From NCBI GenBank assembly GCA_963770895.1, contig CAVYRF010000002.1, positions 544,001-608,000 on the forward strand: a DNA stretch of 64,000 bases. The letters run 5' to 3'. Below, piece by piece: positions 1-10,664 of the stretch. A model generated the notes under the pieces. The model saw nothing but the letters and a program-made list of their open reading frames with translations. It was not told where the DNA came from and made no database searches. A program made the position numbers and the translations under genes. Every line of letters begins with the position of its first letter. Within the stretch, counting starts at the first letter, position 1. The stretch comes from an uncultured Acidobacteriota bacterium. GTDB taxonomy: Bacteria > Acidobacteriota > Thermoanaerobaculia > Multivoradales > UBA5704.

Positions 1-529
1 AATCGACGGGCCCGCCCGCCGCCGCGGCGCCGTCGGGCTTGACCACCAGGCGCTGGCCGTGCAGGTGGTAGACGGTGGCGTACGGGCTGGCGGTGGGGGC
101 CGCGGTCGCCAGCTTGAAAAGGTTTACATAGCGGTTGCAGTGGCGGTAGGCGCCGGAAAACGACATCGCCCCCGCCTCGGCGTACAGCCCGTCGGCAAAG
201 GGCTGGCGCAGCGTGTACACCCGTCCGCCGGGGCGCCCCTGCGCTTCCAGCACCGTCACGTCGTGGCCCAACGCCGCCAGCTCCCAGGCCGCGGCCAGCC
301 CGGCCAGGCCGGCGCCGACCACGATCACCCGCAGCGATCCGCCGCCGGCGCCGCTCTGCGGCGGCCCCCCTGCCGGCAGCGCCGGCTGCACGGCAACGGG
401 TGCGCCGCCCGCGACCGGCGGCTCGGCGGATGCGCCGGCCGGGGCCTGCTGCCCGGCCGCCGGCAGGGCTGCTGCCAGTACCGGCAGCGTCAGCGCCTGG
501 CGCAGAAAATCACGTCGTGACCATGGCAT
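1..529 (-). CDS. Tat-exported flavin amine oxidase / L-amino-acid oxidase family protein (N-terminal part; runs off the window start)
   Basis: Manual minus-strand translation: [11 protein letters not shown] (twin-arginine motif), then [41 protein letters not shown] (FAD-binding GxGxxG plus GG motif) and AEAGAM; GAGGAG RBS at 535-540. Confidence 0.85.
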   Translation of the reverse strand, partial: MPWSRRDFLRQALTLPVLAAALPAAGQQAPAGASAEPPVAGGAPVAVQPALPAGGPPQSGAGGGSLRVIVVGAGLAGLAAAWELAALGHDVTVLEAQGRPGGRVYTLRQPFADGLYAEAGAMSFSGAYRHCNRYVNLFKLATAAPTASPYATVYHLHGQRLVVKPDGAAAAGGPVD

Positions 530-760
530 GCCGTCTCCTCCATCCCGACCGCCGGCGCGACCTGCGAAGCCGCTGGCGCGCGTGCCGGCTCATCCTATCC
601 GGAGCCTCAAGACTAGAGTGCGGCAGAACGCCAAAAAGCGGCTTCCTTGTTTCGCTTAAAGCGCTGATGGATCAACCGGTTATGCGACGCGCTGCACCTC
701 GGACCGGCGGTCCGCCGCGCGGCGCCGCCGGCGGCGGCGTCCGGCGCGGCGGGCGGCGGG

Positions 761-2317
761 TCAACGGCGGCGGGCTTCGATCAGCACCGCGATCTCGTCG
801 GGGCGGGGATTGACGAAATCGAGGCGGATGCGCCCGTCGCCGGCTTCCGTGACGGTCGCGGGGATGGAGCTGGCGGCGAGATACCAGCCGGCCGGCAGCA
901 CCACGGCGTCGCGCGGCCGGCCGAAGGTGCGATCGAACACCAGGACGTCGCCGTCCAGGCGGTAGCGGCGCGGGTCGGTGTAGGTCTCGGAGATGCGCAG
1001 GCGCAGGCTTTCGCCCTTGTGCAGCGCGGCAAAGCGGGCGATCACCACTTCGGTGTCGTCGCCGATCTGGCCGCCGACCTCGGCGACCTCGCGCAGCTCG
1101 GCGGGCGACAGGTTGGCGTGGCGCAGCGCGTCACCCTTGAGCGTCTCGACCGCCAGCGCTTCGCCGGTGTCGAGATTGCGCGCCGCCGGCTGCGACGCCG
1201 CGCTCCCCGGCCGCACCACGTTGAGGTACTTGTCCGTCCCCGCCCGCGACTCGGTGTAGTCGTGATACAGGTCGAAGGCGTGCGTCTCGGGCTGGCGCAA
1301 AAAATACACGATCGTGCGGTCCTGATGCGCCCGCTCCGACAGCCGCTCCTCGTAGGGCGGCGCCCCCGCCGCCGCGGGCGATGCCGCCGGGGTGGCCACG
1401 GCGGCCGGAGTCGACATTGCAGGTGGAGTGCCGGCCGGGGTCGACATTGCGGGCGGAGCGGTAGCCGGTCCGGCGCCGGCCGGCGTCGCGGCGGAGGCGG
1501 CAGCAGCAGCGGCGGCAGCGCTCGCGGGCAGCCGGCGCGCGGTGAGGGTCAGCGGCGCCGCCTCCGGGCCGGTGTAGAGGAAGCTCACCGTGGTGCGGCC
1601 GTCGGAGCCGGGCAGCACCTGCGACGGGATGTTGCACGACGTCAGCTCGTAGCCCGCCGGCAGCACGATCGAGTTGCGGTGGATGCCCAGCGGACGGGTG
1701 AAAACGATGCGGTCGGCGCCGCGCGCAAGATAGCTTTGCGGGTCGCGATAGGTCTTTTCGATCAGCAGCCGGGCGCCGCCCTCGGGCGGCACCGGGCGCT
1801 CCAGGTGGATGCGCAGGTAGCGCATCTCCAGCTCGGCTTCCGGCAGGCCGCTGGTGCGCGCCTCCTGGCCGCTCACCTCTTCGAACCGCAGCCGATGCGA
1901 CGTCGCCTGGTCGAAGATCGCCTCGCCGCTCGCCGTGCTCCCTTTGCGGATGGGATTGAAAAACACCGCGGCGCCCGGTGTCGTGGCGGTCACCTCGTAC
2001 AGGATGTGGAAGCTGGAGCTGTCAGGAGCCAGCAGCTCGTAGCGCGTATATTCGTCGGCCTCCGTCTGCGCGTGGCCGGCGCCGGCTGCCGCCGTTGCAG
2101 CGGTGGCAGCGATAGGCGCGCCGCCCGCGGTGGCAGGAGCGACGGCAGCGGCTATGGCAGGGGCGCCACCCGCGGCAGCAGCGGCGGCAGTCGCGGGCGG
2201 TGGCGGCGCCATGGCGGCGGCTTGGCCGATGGCAGCAGGCCCGGAAAGGATCAGCGGCACGGCGCACAGCGCCAGCCGCGCGACACGGCACACCGGGATC
2301 GGCGTCCCCGTCACCAT
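761..2317 (-). CDS. Secreted hypothetical protein with two tandem homologous domains and Ala/Pro linkers
   Basis: ATG 2317 with GGAGG RBS; signal-peptide-like N-terminus; internal duplication (YRDPQSY..IVFTR..RNSIVLPAGY..IP vs YTDPRRY..LVFDR..RDAVVLPAGW..IP). Confidence 0.75.
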   Translation of the reverse strand: MVTGTPIPVCRVARLALCAVPLILSGPAAIGQAAAMAPPPPATAAAAAAGGAPAIAAAVAPATAGGAPIAATAATAAAGAGHAQTEADEYTRYELLAPDSSSFHILYEVTATTPGAAVFFNPIRKGSTASGEAIFDQATSHRLRFEEVSGQEARTSGLPEAELEMRYLRIHLERPVPPEGGARLLIEKTYRDPQSYLARGADRIVFTRPLGIHRNSIVLPAGYELTSCNIPSQVLPGSDGRTTVSFLYTGPEAAPLTLTARRLPASAAAAAAAASAATPAGAGPATAPPAMSTPAGTPPAMSTPAAVATPAASPAAAGAPPYEERLSERAHQDRTIVYFLRQPETHAFDLYHDYTESRAGTDKYLNVVRPGSAASQPAARNLDTGEALAVETLKGDALRHANLSPAELREVAEVGGQIGDDTEVVIARFAALHKGESLRLRISETYTDPRRYRLDGDVLVFDRTFGRPRDAVVLPAGWYLAASSIPATVTEAGDGRIRLDFVNPRPDEIAVLIEARRR

Positions 2318-2403
2318 CGTCCACCTCCTAAGGAACCAAGACGCGCCTGCGGGGGAAATCCGGCGGGCGCGGCGGCGGACTGCCCGCGCCCGCTCCCTGC
2401 GAT

Positions 2404-3735
2404 CTACCGGCGGCCGGAGCGCCGGCGGCCGGCGGCGGCGCGCGGCTGTGCAGCACCGGCAGTGGGCTGCGGCCGCGCCGGCTGGGTGGGCGACGGCGCC
2501 GAGCCGCCGCCGGTCGGCCGAGCCGCGGGCGTCGCCGGCGAGGGGGCGCCGCCGCGGATGCGCGACTTGGCGCCGAACATCTGCTCCCACAGCAGGGTGA
2601 ACGGGCTGGCCACGTAGACCGACGAGTAGGTGCCGACGATGATGCCGACGGTCATCACGAAGGCGAAGCCGCGCAGCACTTCGCCGCCCAGGGCGAGCAG
2701 CGCCGCGACGGTCAGCATGGTCAGGCCCGACGTCATGATGGTCCGCGACAGGGTCTGGTTGATGCTTTCGTTCATCACCTGGAGCAGCGGCGCCCGCCGG
2801 TTCTTGCGCATGTTTTCGCGGATGCGGTCGAAGATGACGACGGTGTCGTTCACCGAATAGCCGATCAGCGTCAGGAAGGCGGCGATGGTGGTGAGGTTGA
2901 ATTCGAACCCCATCAGGATGAACAGCCCCAGGGTCACCAGCACGTCGTGAATCGACGCCATCACCGCGCCGATGCCGAAGCGCAGCTCGAAGCGCAGACC
3001 GATGTAGGCCAGCATGCCCAGCAGCGACATCACCACCGCCAGGAAGCCCTGGCGGCTCAGCTCCTTGCCGATCTGCGGGCCGACGTTTTCCACCCCCAGC
3101 AGGGCGTAGCCGCCCAGGTAGCCGCGCTGCTGGAGCACGGCCAGAGCCGCCGGCGTCAGGCCGGGAGTGTGCGCCACGGCGTCCCAGCTGTTGAAGATGC
3201 CGCTCTTGTGGCGCTGGTCGAGGATGGCCGAGGCGACGGTGGCGTAGTGGTCCTGCGGCACCGCCGCGGTGGCCGCGGCGGCAGAGGCGGCCGCGGCACC
3301 ACCGGTGTGATCGGGATCGGCAGCCGACAGCAGCTGGGCGATGGCATCGGCACCCACCAGGTTGATGTCCGGCCGGCCGCCCTGGTCGGCGTCCAGCTGG
3401 CGCGACAGCGCGGCGGTCACCCGCTCGCGGCTGCCCTCTTCGGCGCCCTTGCTGACCGGGGTCTTCACCATGACCTGGTTGGCGGATTCGCGGTCGTAAC
3501 GCTGGATCTCGACGTTGTTGATGCCCGCCGCCGCGAACAGCGAACGCAGCCGATCGATCTGCGGCTTGTCGCGGAAGCGCAGGGTGATCTCGGTGCCGCC
3601 GGCGAAGTCGATCCCCATCTTGGGCTGGACGGTGAAGAACGCGAAGAAGAAGACCGCGATCAGGATGAACGAAATGATGATCCAGAATCGCCGGTACTTC
3701 ATGAAATCGATGTGAGTTTCACCCAGCAACCGCAT
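2404..3735 (-). CDS. secF: Protein translocase subunit SecF
   Basis: GIDFAGGT, VGPQIGKEL, HDVLVTLG, GYSVNDTVVIFDRIREN, QTLSRT motifs; follows secD. Confidence 0.97.
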   Translation of the reverse strand: MRLLGETHIDFMKYRRFWIIISFILIAVFFFAFFTVQPKMGIDFAGGTEITLRFRDKPQIDRLRSLFAAAGINNVEIQRYDRESANQVMVKTPVSKGAEEGSRERVTAALSRQLDADQGGRPDINLVGADAIAQLLSAADPDHTGGAAAASAAAATAAVPQDHYATVASAILDQRHKSGIFNSWDAVAHTPGLTPAALAVLQQRGYLGGYALLGVENVGPQIGKELSRQGFLAVVMSLLGMLAYIGLRFELRFGIGAVMASIHDVLVTLGLFILMGFEFNLTTIAAFLTLIGYSVNDTVVIFDRIRENMRKNRRAPLLQVMNESINQTLSRTIMTSGLTMLTVAALLALGGEVLRGFAFVMTVGIIVGTYSSVYVASPFTLLWEQMFGAKSRIRGGAPSPATPAARPTGGGSAPSPTQPARPQPTAGAAQPRAAAGRRRSGRR

Positions 3736-3805
3736 GGCGTGCTCCTTATCCCTTATCCCTTGTCGCTGCTCGTCGGCTCGGACACGATCGGTGATCGGAC
3801 CGGCA

Positions 3806-5380
3806 TCAGATCGACATCGTCTGCACCTTGCGGCGCGACAGCACGACGTCGAAGATCCAGCGGCTCACGAAGACGGCGGTGAACAGCGAGGCCAGAAGAC
3901 CGATCGTCAGGGTAACCGCAAAACCCTTGATCGGACCGGTACCGAACTGGAACAGGAACATCGCCGAGATCAAGGTGGTGACGTGGGTGTCGATGATCGA
4001 TGTGAGGGCGCGCTTGAATCCGTTGTCGATGGCGGTGCGCACCGTGCTGTTGCGCAGCTCCTCGCGGATGCGCTCGAAGACCAGGACGTTGGCGTCCACC
4101 GCCATGCCGATGGTCAGGATGACGCCGGCGATGCCGGGCAGCGTCAGCGTCGAGTGCAGCAGCCCCATGCCGCCGAACAGCAGCAGGATGTTGAGCGCCA
4201 GCGCGCTGATGGCGTTGGCCGCCGTCAGCTTGTAGACGATCGCCATGGCGAGGATCACCAGCAGGGTGCCGACGACGCCGGCGAGCAGCCCTTCGTCGAT
4301 CGAGTCGCGCCCTAGAGACGGACCGACCACCTGCTCCGCCAGGTACGTGATGCTGGCCGGCAGCGCGCCCGAGCGCAGCACCGTCGACAGGTCCTCGACC
4401 TCTTTCTGGGTGAAGCTCCCTTCGATGATGCCCGAATCGGTGATGCGCGCGCGGATCACCGGCGCCGACATGATGCGCCCGTCCAGGACGATCGCCAGGC
4501 CGTTGCCGATGTTGGCTCCGGTCAGCTCGCCGAACGCCTTGGCGCCGTCCGGGGTGAACGAAAAGTCGACGATCGGCTGGTTCATCTGGCCCAACGCCGG
4601 CCGGGCGTTGCGCAGGTCGCGGCCGGTGACCGAGCGGCGCTTTTCGACCGCCCAATAGTGCGTTTCGCGGGTGGCGGTGTCGTTGTCGGCGGAGTCGCCG
4701 GTGTCGCCGGGGATGATCTCCAGGTCGTCCGGCAGGTGGCCGCCGAAGTGGGACAGGATGTCTTCGCGGGTCGTGCCGCGGCCGCCTTCCTTCGGATAGC
4801 GGGTGATGCGGAACTCCAGGAACGCGGTGTTCTTGATCAACTTGCGCACGCGGTCCAGGTCGTCCACGCCCGGCAGCTGGACGATGATGCGATCGCCGGC
4901 AGGCTGGATCACCGGCTCGGTCACGCCGTAGGCGTCGATGCGGTTGCGGATCGTCTGCACCGCCTGGTTGACCGATTGGTCGCGCACCTTGGCGACGTCG
5001 GCGGCGTTCATGTCGAACACCTCGCTGTCGCCCTGCTCCTTGGCGCCGAAGCGGGAGGCGGCCTTCTCCGCGGCCTTGGTGACCGTGCCCCGGTTGTCAG
5101 GGGTGAGCGACGACACGACGAAGCGGGAATCGGCGACGCGCTGCGCCTTGATGTTCAGCTTGCCCTGGGTGTCGTCCTTGACCTGCTGCACCAGGCGCTC
5201 CATGTCGGCGTCGGTTTCGGCGCGCAGGGCGTCTTCGGTGTGGACTTGCAGCACCAGGTGCATGCCGCCGCGCAGGTCCAGGCCCAGGCTGATCTTTTCC
5301 TTGGGCGGCCAGGCCGCGGCGATCGCCAGCAGGATGGACGCCAGGATGACCAGCCCGCGTCCGAGCAAATTGCGCTTCAT
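3806..5380 (-). CDS. secD: Protein translocase subunit SecD
   Basis: LGLDLRGG, RNRIDAYGVTEP, GMAVDANVLVFERIREE, GPIKGFAVTL. Confidence 0.97.
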   Translation of the reverse strand: MKRNLLGRGLVILASILLAIAAAWPPKEKISLGLDLRGGMHLVLQVHTEDALRAETDADMERLVQQVKDDTQGKLNIKAQRVADSRFVVSSLTPDNRGTVTKAAEKAASRFGAKEQGDSEVFDMNAADVAKVRDQSVNQAVQTIRNRIDAYGVTEPVIQPAGDRIIVQLPGVDDLDRVRKLIKNTAFLEFRITRYPKEGGRGTTREDILSHFGGHLPDDLEIIPGDTGDSADNDTATRETHYWAVEKRRSVTGRDLRNARPALGQMNQPIVDFSFTPDGAKAFGELTGANIGNGLAIVLDGRIMSAPVIRARITDSGIIEGSFTQKEVEDLSTVLRSGALPASITYLAEQVVGPSLGRDSIDEGLLAGVVGTLLVILAMAIVYKLTAANAISALALNILLLFGGMGLLHSTLTLPGIAGVILTIGMAVDANVLVFERIREELRNSTVRTAIDNGFKRALTSIIDTHVTTLISAMFLFQFGTGPIKGFAVTLTIGLLASLFTAVFVSRWIFDVVLSRRKVQTMSI

Positions 5381-5667
5381 CCGTTACCGCCTTTCTCCGC
5401 CTCCGGCTCGAGCCCGGAGATCGCCGATTTGGCCACCTTCACCTTGACGTTGTCGGCGACCTTCAGAAGGACTGCGGAGCCGATCACGGCCGCGACTTCG
5501 CCGTAGAGCCCGCCGTTGGTGACCACCCGGTCCCCTTTTTGCAGATTTTCGACCAGCTGCTGGAGGGCCTTCTGGCGCTTGCGCATGGGCACGATCAGCA
5601 GGACGTAGAACAGCACGAACATCAACAGCAGCGGCACCAGCTGCAAAAGAGAATTTTGGTTCATCAT
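5377..5667 (-). CDS. yajC: Preprotein translocase subunit YajC
   Basis: Single TM helix, then KRQK..LQKGDRVVTNGGLYG..KVKVAKSAI; sits between tgt and secD. Confidence 0.93.
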   Translation of the reverse strand: MMNQNSLLQLVPLLLMFVLFYVLLIVPMRKRQKALQQLVENLQKGDRVVTNGGLYGEVAAVIGSAVLLKVADNVKVKVAKSAISGLEPEAEKGGNG

Positions 5668-5734
5668 GGTGGGTCGATCGTCTCGCGAAAGCGCGGCAGC
5701 CACGTCACCTGGCGGCCTGCGTCGGGGAGGCTCC

Positions 5735-6901
5735 TTACGCCTTGGGATCGGGGGGACACGGACCCGCCTGGCGAACCTCAAGCCGCGCCGCCAGGTCCGC
5801 CAGTGCACCGAGGGCGATAGCTTGCCGGAGCTCTTCCATAAAGTCAAGGTAATACCGCAGGTTATGCAGCGTCGCCAGGACCGCCCCGGTGATCTCTCCG
5901 GCCCGCACCAGGTGGTGCAGGAACGCCCGCGACAGGCGGGCGCAGCAGGGGCAGCCGCAGGCGTCGTCGACGGGGCGGGGATCGTCGCGGAAGCAGGCGT
6001 TGCGGATCTTGAGCATGCCGCCGCGGGTGAACAGCAGGCCGTGGCGGGCGTTGCGCGACGGCAGCACGCAATCGAACAGGTCGACGCCGCAGGAGGCGGC
6101 GTGCAGGATGTCCTGCGGGTAGCCAACCCCCATCAGGTATCGCGGCCGCTCCCAGGGGAGTGCCGGGGCGGCCACCTCGACCGCGGCGCGGCGCTCCGCA
6201 AGCGGCTCGCCGACGCTCACGCCGCCGATGGCGTAGCCGTCGAAGTCGAGCTGCGCCAGGTCCGCGGCGGCGCGCAGCCGCAAGTCCGGAAAGGAGCTCC
6301 CCTGCACGATGCCGAACAGGCCGCGCCCCGCGGCGCCGCGCCAGACGCCGCGCGCGCGCTCCGCCCAGCGGCGGGTGCGCTCCCACGACGTGGCGGCCTG
6401 CTCGCGGCTGACCGGCCAGGGGGGGCATTCATCCAGCACCATGGCGACGTCGACGCCCAGCCGCTCCTGCCAGGCGGCCACCTCTTCCGGAGTAAAGCGC
6501 CATGGCGCGCCGTCGATGTGGCTGCGGAAGGTCACCCCGCCGTCGTCCACGGTGCGCAGGTGCCCCAGGCTCCACACCTGGAAGCCGCCGCTGTCGGTGA
6601 GCAGCGGCCCCGGCCAGCCGGTGAAGGCGTGCAGGCCGCCCAGCCGCTCGATGACCTCGATGCCGGGGCGCAGCACCAGGTGATACAGGTTGGCCAGCTG
6701 GATGGACGCGCCGGCGGCGGCCAGCTCCTGGGGGGTGACGCCCTTGACCGCTCCCAGGGTGCCCACCGGCATGAACGCCGGCGTCTCGACCACCCCATGG
6801 GCGGTCGTCAGGCGGCCGCGGCGCGCCGCACCGCCGCCGGCGAAAGCCGGGCCAGGTCCAGGGGCGGCGGGACTGGAGAGGATCTCGAAGGTGAGGGTCA
6901 A
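5735..6901 (-). CDS. tgt: tRNA-guanine(34) transglycosylase
   Basis: TPAFMPVGT, LTDSGGFQV, GIVQG, DLFDCVLP, CxCxxC..H zinc site; start TTG 6901 is inferred. Confidence 0.96.
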   Translation of the reverse strand: MTLTFEILSSPAAPGPGPAFAGGGAARRGRLTTAHGVVETPAFMPVGTLGAVKGVTPQELAAAGASIQLANLYHLVLRPGIEVIERLGGLHAFTGWPGPLLTDSGGFQVWSLGHLRTVDDGGVTFRSHIDGAPWRFTPEEVAAWQERLGVDVAMVLDECPPWPVSREQAATSWERTRRWAERARGVWRGAAGRGLFGIVQGSSFPDLRLRAAADLAQLDFDGYAIGGVSVGEPLAERRAAVEVAAPALPWERPRYLMGVGYPQDILHAASCGVDLFDCVLPSRNARHGLLFTRGGMLKIRNACFRDDPRPVDDACGCPCCARLSRAFLHHLVRAGEITGAVLATLHNLRYYLDFMEELRQAIALGALADLAARLEVRQAGPCPPDPKA

Positions 6902-6920
6902 AGGCGAACGCGGGCGCGGC

Positions 6921-7742
6921 TCACGGCCGGGAGGGCGCCTTGCCGCTGCCGTCGCCACCCAGGTCGATTTCGTGGGTTTCGGTGCCGGGCGGCAGCTGCA
7001 GCGCGAAGCGCGCGTCGGGGATCGGAGCGTTCCACTGGAAGTCCTTGAAATCGTAGGCCGTGGTGTCGCCGTCCGCCTCTTCGTATTCCAGGTGCACCGG
7101 GAAGAACCGCTCGGCATCGATATCGACTTCCATCGACTTGACCCGCTTCCGGATGCGGTCGTAGCGCGGCAGCAGCTTCATCCGGTAGGGATCGCCCTTC
7201 TGGTGCGGCAGCGTCAGCTGGACGGTGAAGTACTCCAGCAGCGAATCCATGCTGCCCGACGCGCCCAGGAACTTGAACACCTGGCTCGAGTAGCGGCCGA
7301 TCTTCAGCCGTTCGGCGCGCTTCAGGTCGCGGTACCAGGTGGTCATCTCGCTGCCGCGGATCACCACCGTGATCGGCGTCGGCGCCTGGTATTCCCAGCG
7401 CACGCGGTCCGGCGCGGCATAGGAGAAGGTGCCGCTCGACTGCTGGGGCGCCACCAGCATGGCGCTCGCCCGGTGCTGCACGAAGCGGGCTTCGATCGTC
7501 CTCACCGTGCGCTGCTGCAGCTTCACCCGCTCCAGCAACGCCTGCAACCGCTGCGCCCCGGTCAGGCCCGGCGCCATCGGGTCGGGCGGCGCGACATGCC
7601 CCAGCACCACCCCTTCCGTCGCGGTCAAGGGCGTCGAGCCCAGGGCAAACACCAGGGCACACAGGCCCGCCAGCGCCAAGCCGCAGGCCGCCGCGGGCAG
7701 CGTGGCAGGGATCTTCCGGCGTGTCTGGGTCGGTCGTGGCAT
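6921..7742 (-). CDS. lolA: Outer-membrane lipoprotein carrier LolA-family protein
   Basis: Signal peptide; ARFVQ..SSGTF..PDRVRWEY..P..VVIRG pattern; C-terminal NAPIPDARF. Confidence 0.8.
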   Translation of the reverse strand: MPRPTQTRRKIPATLPAAACGLALAGLCALVFALGSTPLTATEGVVLGHVAPPDPMAPGLTGAQRLQALLERVKLQQRTVRTIEARFVQHRASAMLVAPQQSSGTFSYAAPDRVRWEYQAPTPITVVIRGSEMTTWYRDLKRAERLKIGRYSSQVFKFLGASGSMDSLLEYFTVQLTLPHQKGDPYRMKLLPRYDRIRKRVKSMEVDIDAERFFPVHLEYEEADGDTTAYDFKDFQWNAPIPDARFALQLPPGTETHEIDLGGDGSGKAPSRP

Positions 7743-7976
7743 GGCAGAAACCCCTTCCGGCTGCCGATCAGCGGCGCACTCTACCGAGAATCGTATGCGA
7801 ACATCATGCTAGCCCCGGGCTCGGTCGCCGCGCAAGCCGTGCCGCGGCGGACGGACACCGGAGCTGTTCGACTGCCTGGCTACCCACGCTGCCCGGCGCC
7901 CATGCTGTCCGGCGCCCGCACCGCCTGGCTGCTCGGCTGTGCCGCTGGCTGGCCGCGCGCCCTGCCGCTGGCGCGG

Positions 7977-8005
7977 TTGACAGCGTTTTGGTCGGATGCT
8001 AGCTT
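7977..8005 (+). promoter_or_regulatory. Sigma70-type promoter
   Basis: TTGACA-N17-TAGCTT with a TG extended -10, 42 nt before ATG 8048. Confidence 0.6.
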
Positions 8006-8047
8006 CAGCGCCCTCTGACCGGCCCCCGCGCCGTCCTGGAGTCTGCG

Positions 8048-8356
8048 ATGCCTGAGCTCAAGTTAGGTACCAAGTACGAGTGTTTCAACTGCGGGACCAA
8101 GTTCTACGACCTCGGCAAGGCCGAGGCGATCTGCCCCAAGTGCGGCGCCGACCAGAGAAACGCCGTGGCGGCCGAATCGCCAGCCGTTTCGACGGCGTCG
8201 CGCAAGCGGCGCAAGGCCGAAGTGGCCAAGCCCATCGAAGTCGAAGAGGACGAACCGATCGACGACATTCCGGACGACGAGATCGAGACCCCCGAGATCT
8301 CCGGCGCCGATGCCGAAGAAGAGGAAGAGGAAGAGGATTTCGACGACGAAGCATGA
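8048..8356 (+). CDS. FYDLN_acid (TIGR02300-like) zinc-ribbon acidic protein
   Basis: [24 protein letters not shown] followed by an acidic tail. Confidence 0.9.
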   Translation: MPELKLGTKYECFNCGTKFYDLGKAEAICPKCGADQRNAVAAESPAVSTASRKRRKAEVAKPIEVEEDEPIDDIPDDEIETPEISGADAEEEEEEEDFDDEA

Positions 8357-8909
8357 GGTCGGGATCGCCCTGGCGCTGGGCGGCAACCTGGCGCTGCCCG
8401 CCGGTGGCCACGTCCGGCGCCGCCAGCGCCTGATCGAGAGCGTGCTGCGCCAGGCCATCGAGCAGCTGGAAGCCAACCTGGGCGCGCTGCGCGTCGCCGG
8501 GCTCTATCGCGGACCCGCGGTGTCGCCGATCCCGCAGCCCGATTTCCTCAATACCGCCGTCGTCGGCCGCACCGCTTTAGACCCCGAAGCGGTGCTCGGC
8601 ATCGCCAAGGCCATCGAGCTGGCGGCCGGCCGCCGGCAGGGGCCGCGCAATTCGCCGCGGCCGCTGGACATCGACCTGCTGCTCTACGGCGACATCTGTT
8701 CGACCGCCCCCGAGCTCACCCTGCCGCACCCCAGGCTCGCCCAGCGCCGCTTCGTCCTGGCGCCGCTCGAAGAGATCGCGCCCGACCTGTCCGTCCCCTG
8801 CATCGGCGCCACTGCCGGCGAGCTGCTGCGGCGCCTGTCCTCCGCCGCGCCGCCGGTCGAAAGGCTGCCCTGGGCCGACGCCGGCACCGCGGCCGCCCGC
8901 GGGCTCTGA
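8353..8909 (+). CDS. folK: 2-amino-4-hydroxy-6-hydroxymethyldihydropteridine diphosphokinase (likely 1-nt indel near the start)
   Basis: [45 protein letters not shown]; ATG 8353 overlaps the upstream stop (ATGA) and needs one extra G to be in frame (alternative in-frame ATG at 8310). Confidence 0.88.
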
Positions 8910-8976
8910 GCGCCACCGCCGCGGCCCGCGCGCGCACCCTTCCACCCGACGCCCATCCGGCAGAGCGCAAAGCGGC

Positions 8977-9852
8977 ATGGACTCCCTCCTGGACGCGCTG
9001 CTGCTGCTGATCGTGCTGGTCGGCTGGGGAGCCCAGGCCATCGTCCCTTGGCGGCGCCTCGCGACGCTCCCCCCGCTCCCCTCACTCCTGCCGACCCCGC
9101 CGCCCGAGGCAGCCGAATCGCCGGTTCCCGCAGCGGACGCAAATCCGGCCGCTGACACCCGGTCGGCCCCAACCGCCGTCGCGCCGGCGCGGGACGCCAT
9201 GGCCGGCCGATTCCTGCGCGGCTGGCGGGTTGCCGCGGTGCCGCTCGCGGTGGCGGCGGTGGTGGCGGCCTACGCCCTGGCCGATCGCAATCCCGACGCG
9301 ACCATCGCCGCACACCTGGTGCCGCTGCGCGGCTCGCTCGCCGGCGAGCTGCTGGTGCTGCTGGCCGGCGCGCAGCTGCTGGCCGCGCTGCTCACCAGCC
9401 TGGGGAGCGAACGGCTGGACCGCACCAGCTGGCAGATCGCGACCGCGCTGGGGCTGGCGACCTGTGCCGCCGCCGCGTGGGCGGGAGAGGAGCTGCGCCT
9501 GGGAGGCGGCCCCCTCAGCTCGGGGCTCTTCATGACGCTGCTGGTCGTCTGCCGGCTGGCGCTGACCCTGGCCGCCGGCGAGCTCTTCACCCCCGGCCGA
9601 TCGCGCTGGGCGGCGCCCTGCGGCCTTGGCATGGCGGTCTACACCTTCCTGCTGCCGCACGACCTGCGCGTCGAGCTCCTGCACCAAGGCCTGCTGCTCA
9701 CCTTCGGCGCCGCCGCAGTCCTGCTGCTCGTGGCGCGCTGGCTGCCGCCCGCCCTGCGCCGGCCAGCCCTGGGCACCGGCCTGCTGCTGGCCGCGATCGC
9801 CCTCACCCAGGCCGCCCACATCTCGCAGGACCTGATGCCGCTGCGGCAGTGA
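8977..9852 (+). CDS. Multi-pass membrane hypothetical protein
   Basis: About 7-8 hydrophobic segments; GC3-rich codon pattern. Confidence 0.65.
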   Translation: MDSLLDALLLLIVLVGWGAQAIVPWRRLATLPPLPSLLPTPPPEAAESPVPAADANPAADTRSAPTAVAPARDAMAGRFLRGWRVAAVPLAVAAVVAAYALADRNPDATIAAHLVPLRGSLAGELLVLLAGAQLLAALLTSLGSERLDRTSWQIATALGLATCAAAAWAGEELRLGGGPLSSGLFMTLLVVCRLALTLAAGELFTPGRSRWAAPCGLGMAVYTFLLPHDLRVELLHQGLLLTFGAAAVLLLVARWLPPALRRPALGTGLLLAAIALTQAAHISQDLMPLRQ

Positions 9853-9915
9853 ACCCGGCCGGCACCGGGCGGGCTCAGGTTTGCGGTGCCAGGTCGCCCA
9901 GATTGGGGCGCCAGC

Positions 9916-10080
9916 GGACAGGTGCGTCGAAAGGTTGCCCTTGCTCAGGCCGGTGATCCGTTGCAAAAACAGGAAGTCCGCCCGCTCGCAGGCCGAAAGC
10001 GCCACCAGGATCGCCAGCCGCGCCGGCTCATGAACCGTGCGGTCCAGGTTTGCCAGCAACTCAAAAGGCGTTTCGCTCAC
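9916..10080 (-). pseudogene. Truncated winged-helix (HTH_34/MarR-ArsR-like) transcriptional regulator
   Basis: GGAGGT RBS and GTG start; LDRTVHEPARLAILVALSACERADFLFLQRITGLSKGNLSTHLS, after which similarity stops and no wing region appears in any frame. Confidence 0.7.
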
Positions 10081-10271
10081 CGCCTCACCTCCCCCGCCTC
10101 GATCGCCGCACCCGCAACGACGCCAGGCGGACCGTGGCGCGGCGCCATTCTCCGCAACGAGCTGCGCACGGACAAACCGCCCTCGTGAACGCCGAGCTCC
10201 CGAGGGCGGTTTGAAAGGAAGAGATGGAGACTCTAATCAGGTGTTGCGGCGTCTCCGTGCATCGTAGGCGC

Positions 10272-10664
10272 CTACGCCTCCTTCGTCTTGGGGGTGACGA
10301 GGTGAGCCTGCCAGGTCTTTTTGGCGTAGTCCCAGTTTGCAAGGTTTGCCGACCAGCCGCTGCCCCAGGGTTTCCCGGTCTTCCACTCACCGTTGCGCTG
10401 CACGGTCCGGAGCGTCTCGGTGACCGTGTCGTTCCCGAACAGAGTCACCGCCACGCCTTCGTCCTCCGTCGGCATCTTGCTGAACGCATAGGGCAGAGGC
10501 AGTTCCCACTTGATCACCACCTCTCCGAGCTGCTCGCTGACCGACAACCTGCCCTTGATCTCGTATGCGGGCGATCCGCACTTCCACGTGAACTCAGCCT
10601 CCACCGGGGGTACCGAGGCGATATCCACGTCCGGGCGATCGACCGTGCTCTGATTCTCACTCAT
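10272..10664 (-). CDS. Hypothetical protein (130 aa, Trp-rich, orphan-like)
   Basis: AAAGGAGAAGG RBS; balanced amino-acid composition; lower-GC segment. Confidence 0.75.
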   Translation of the reverse strand: MSENQSTVDRPDVDIASVPPVEAEFTWKCGSPAYEIKGRLSVSEQLGEVVIKWELPLPYAFSKMPTEDEGVAVTLFGNDTVTETLRTVQRNGEWKTGKPWGSGWSANLANWDYAKKTWQAHLVTPKTKEA

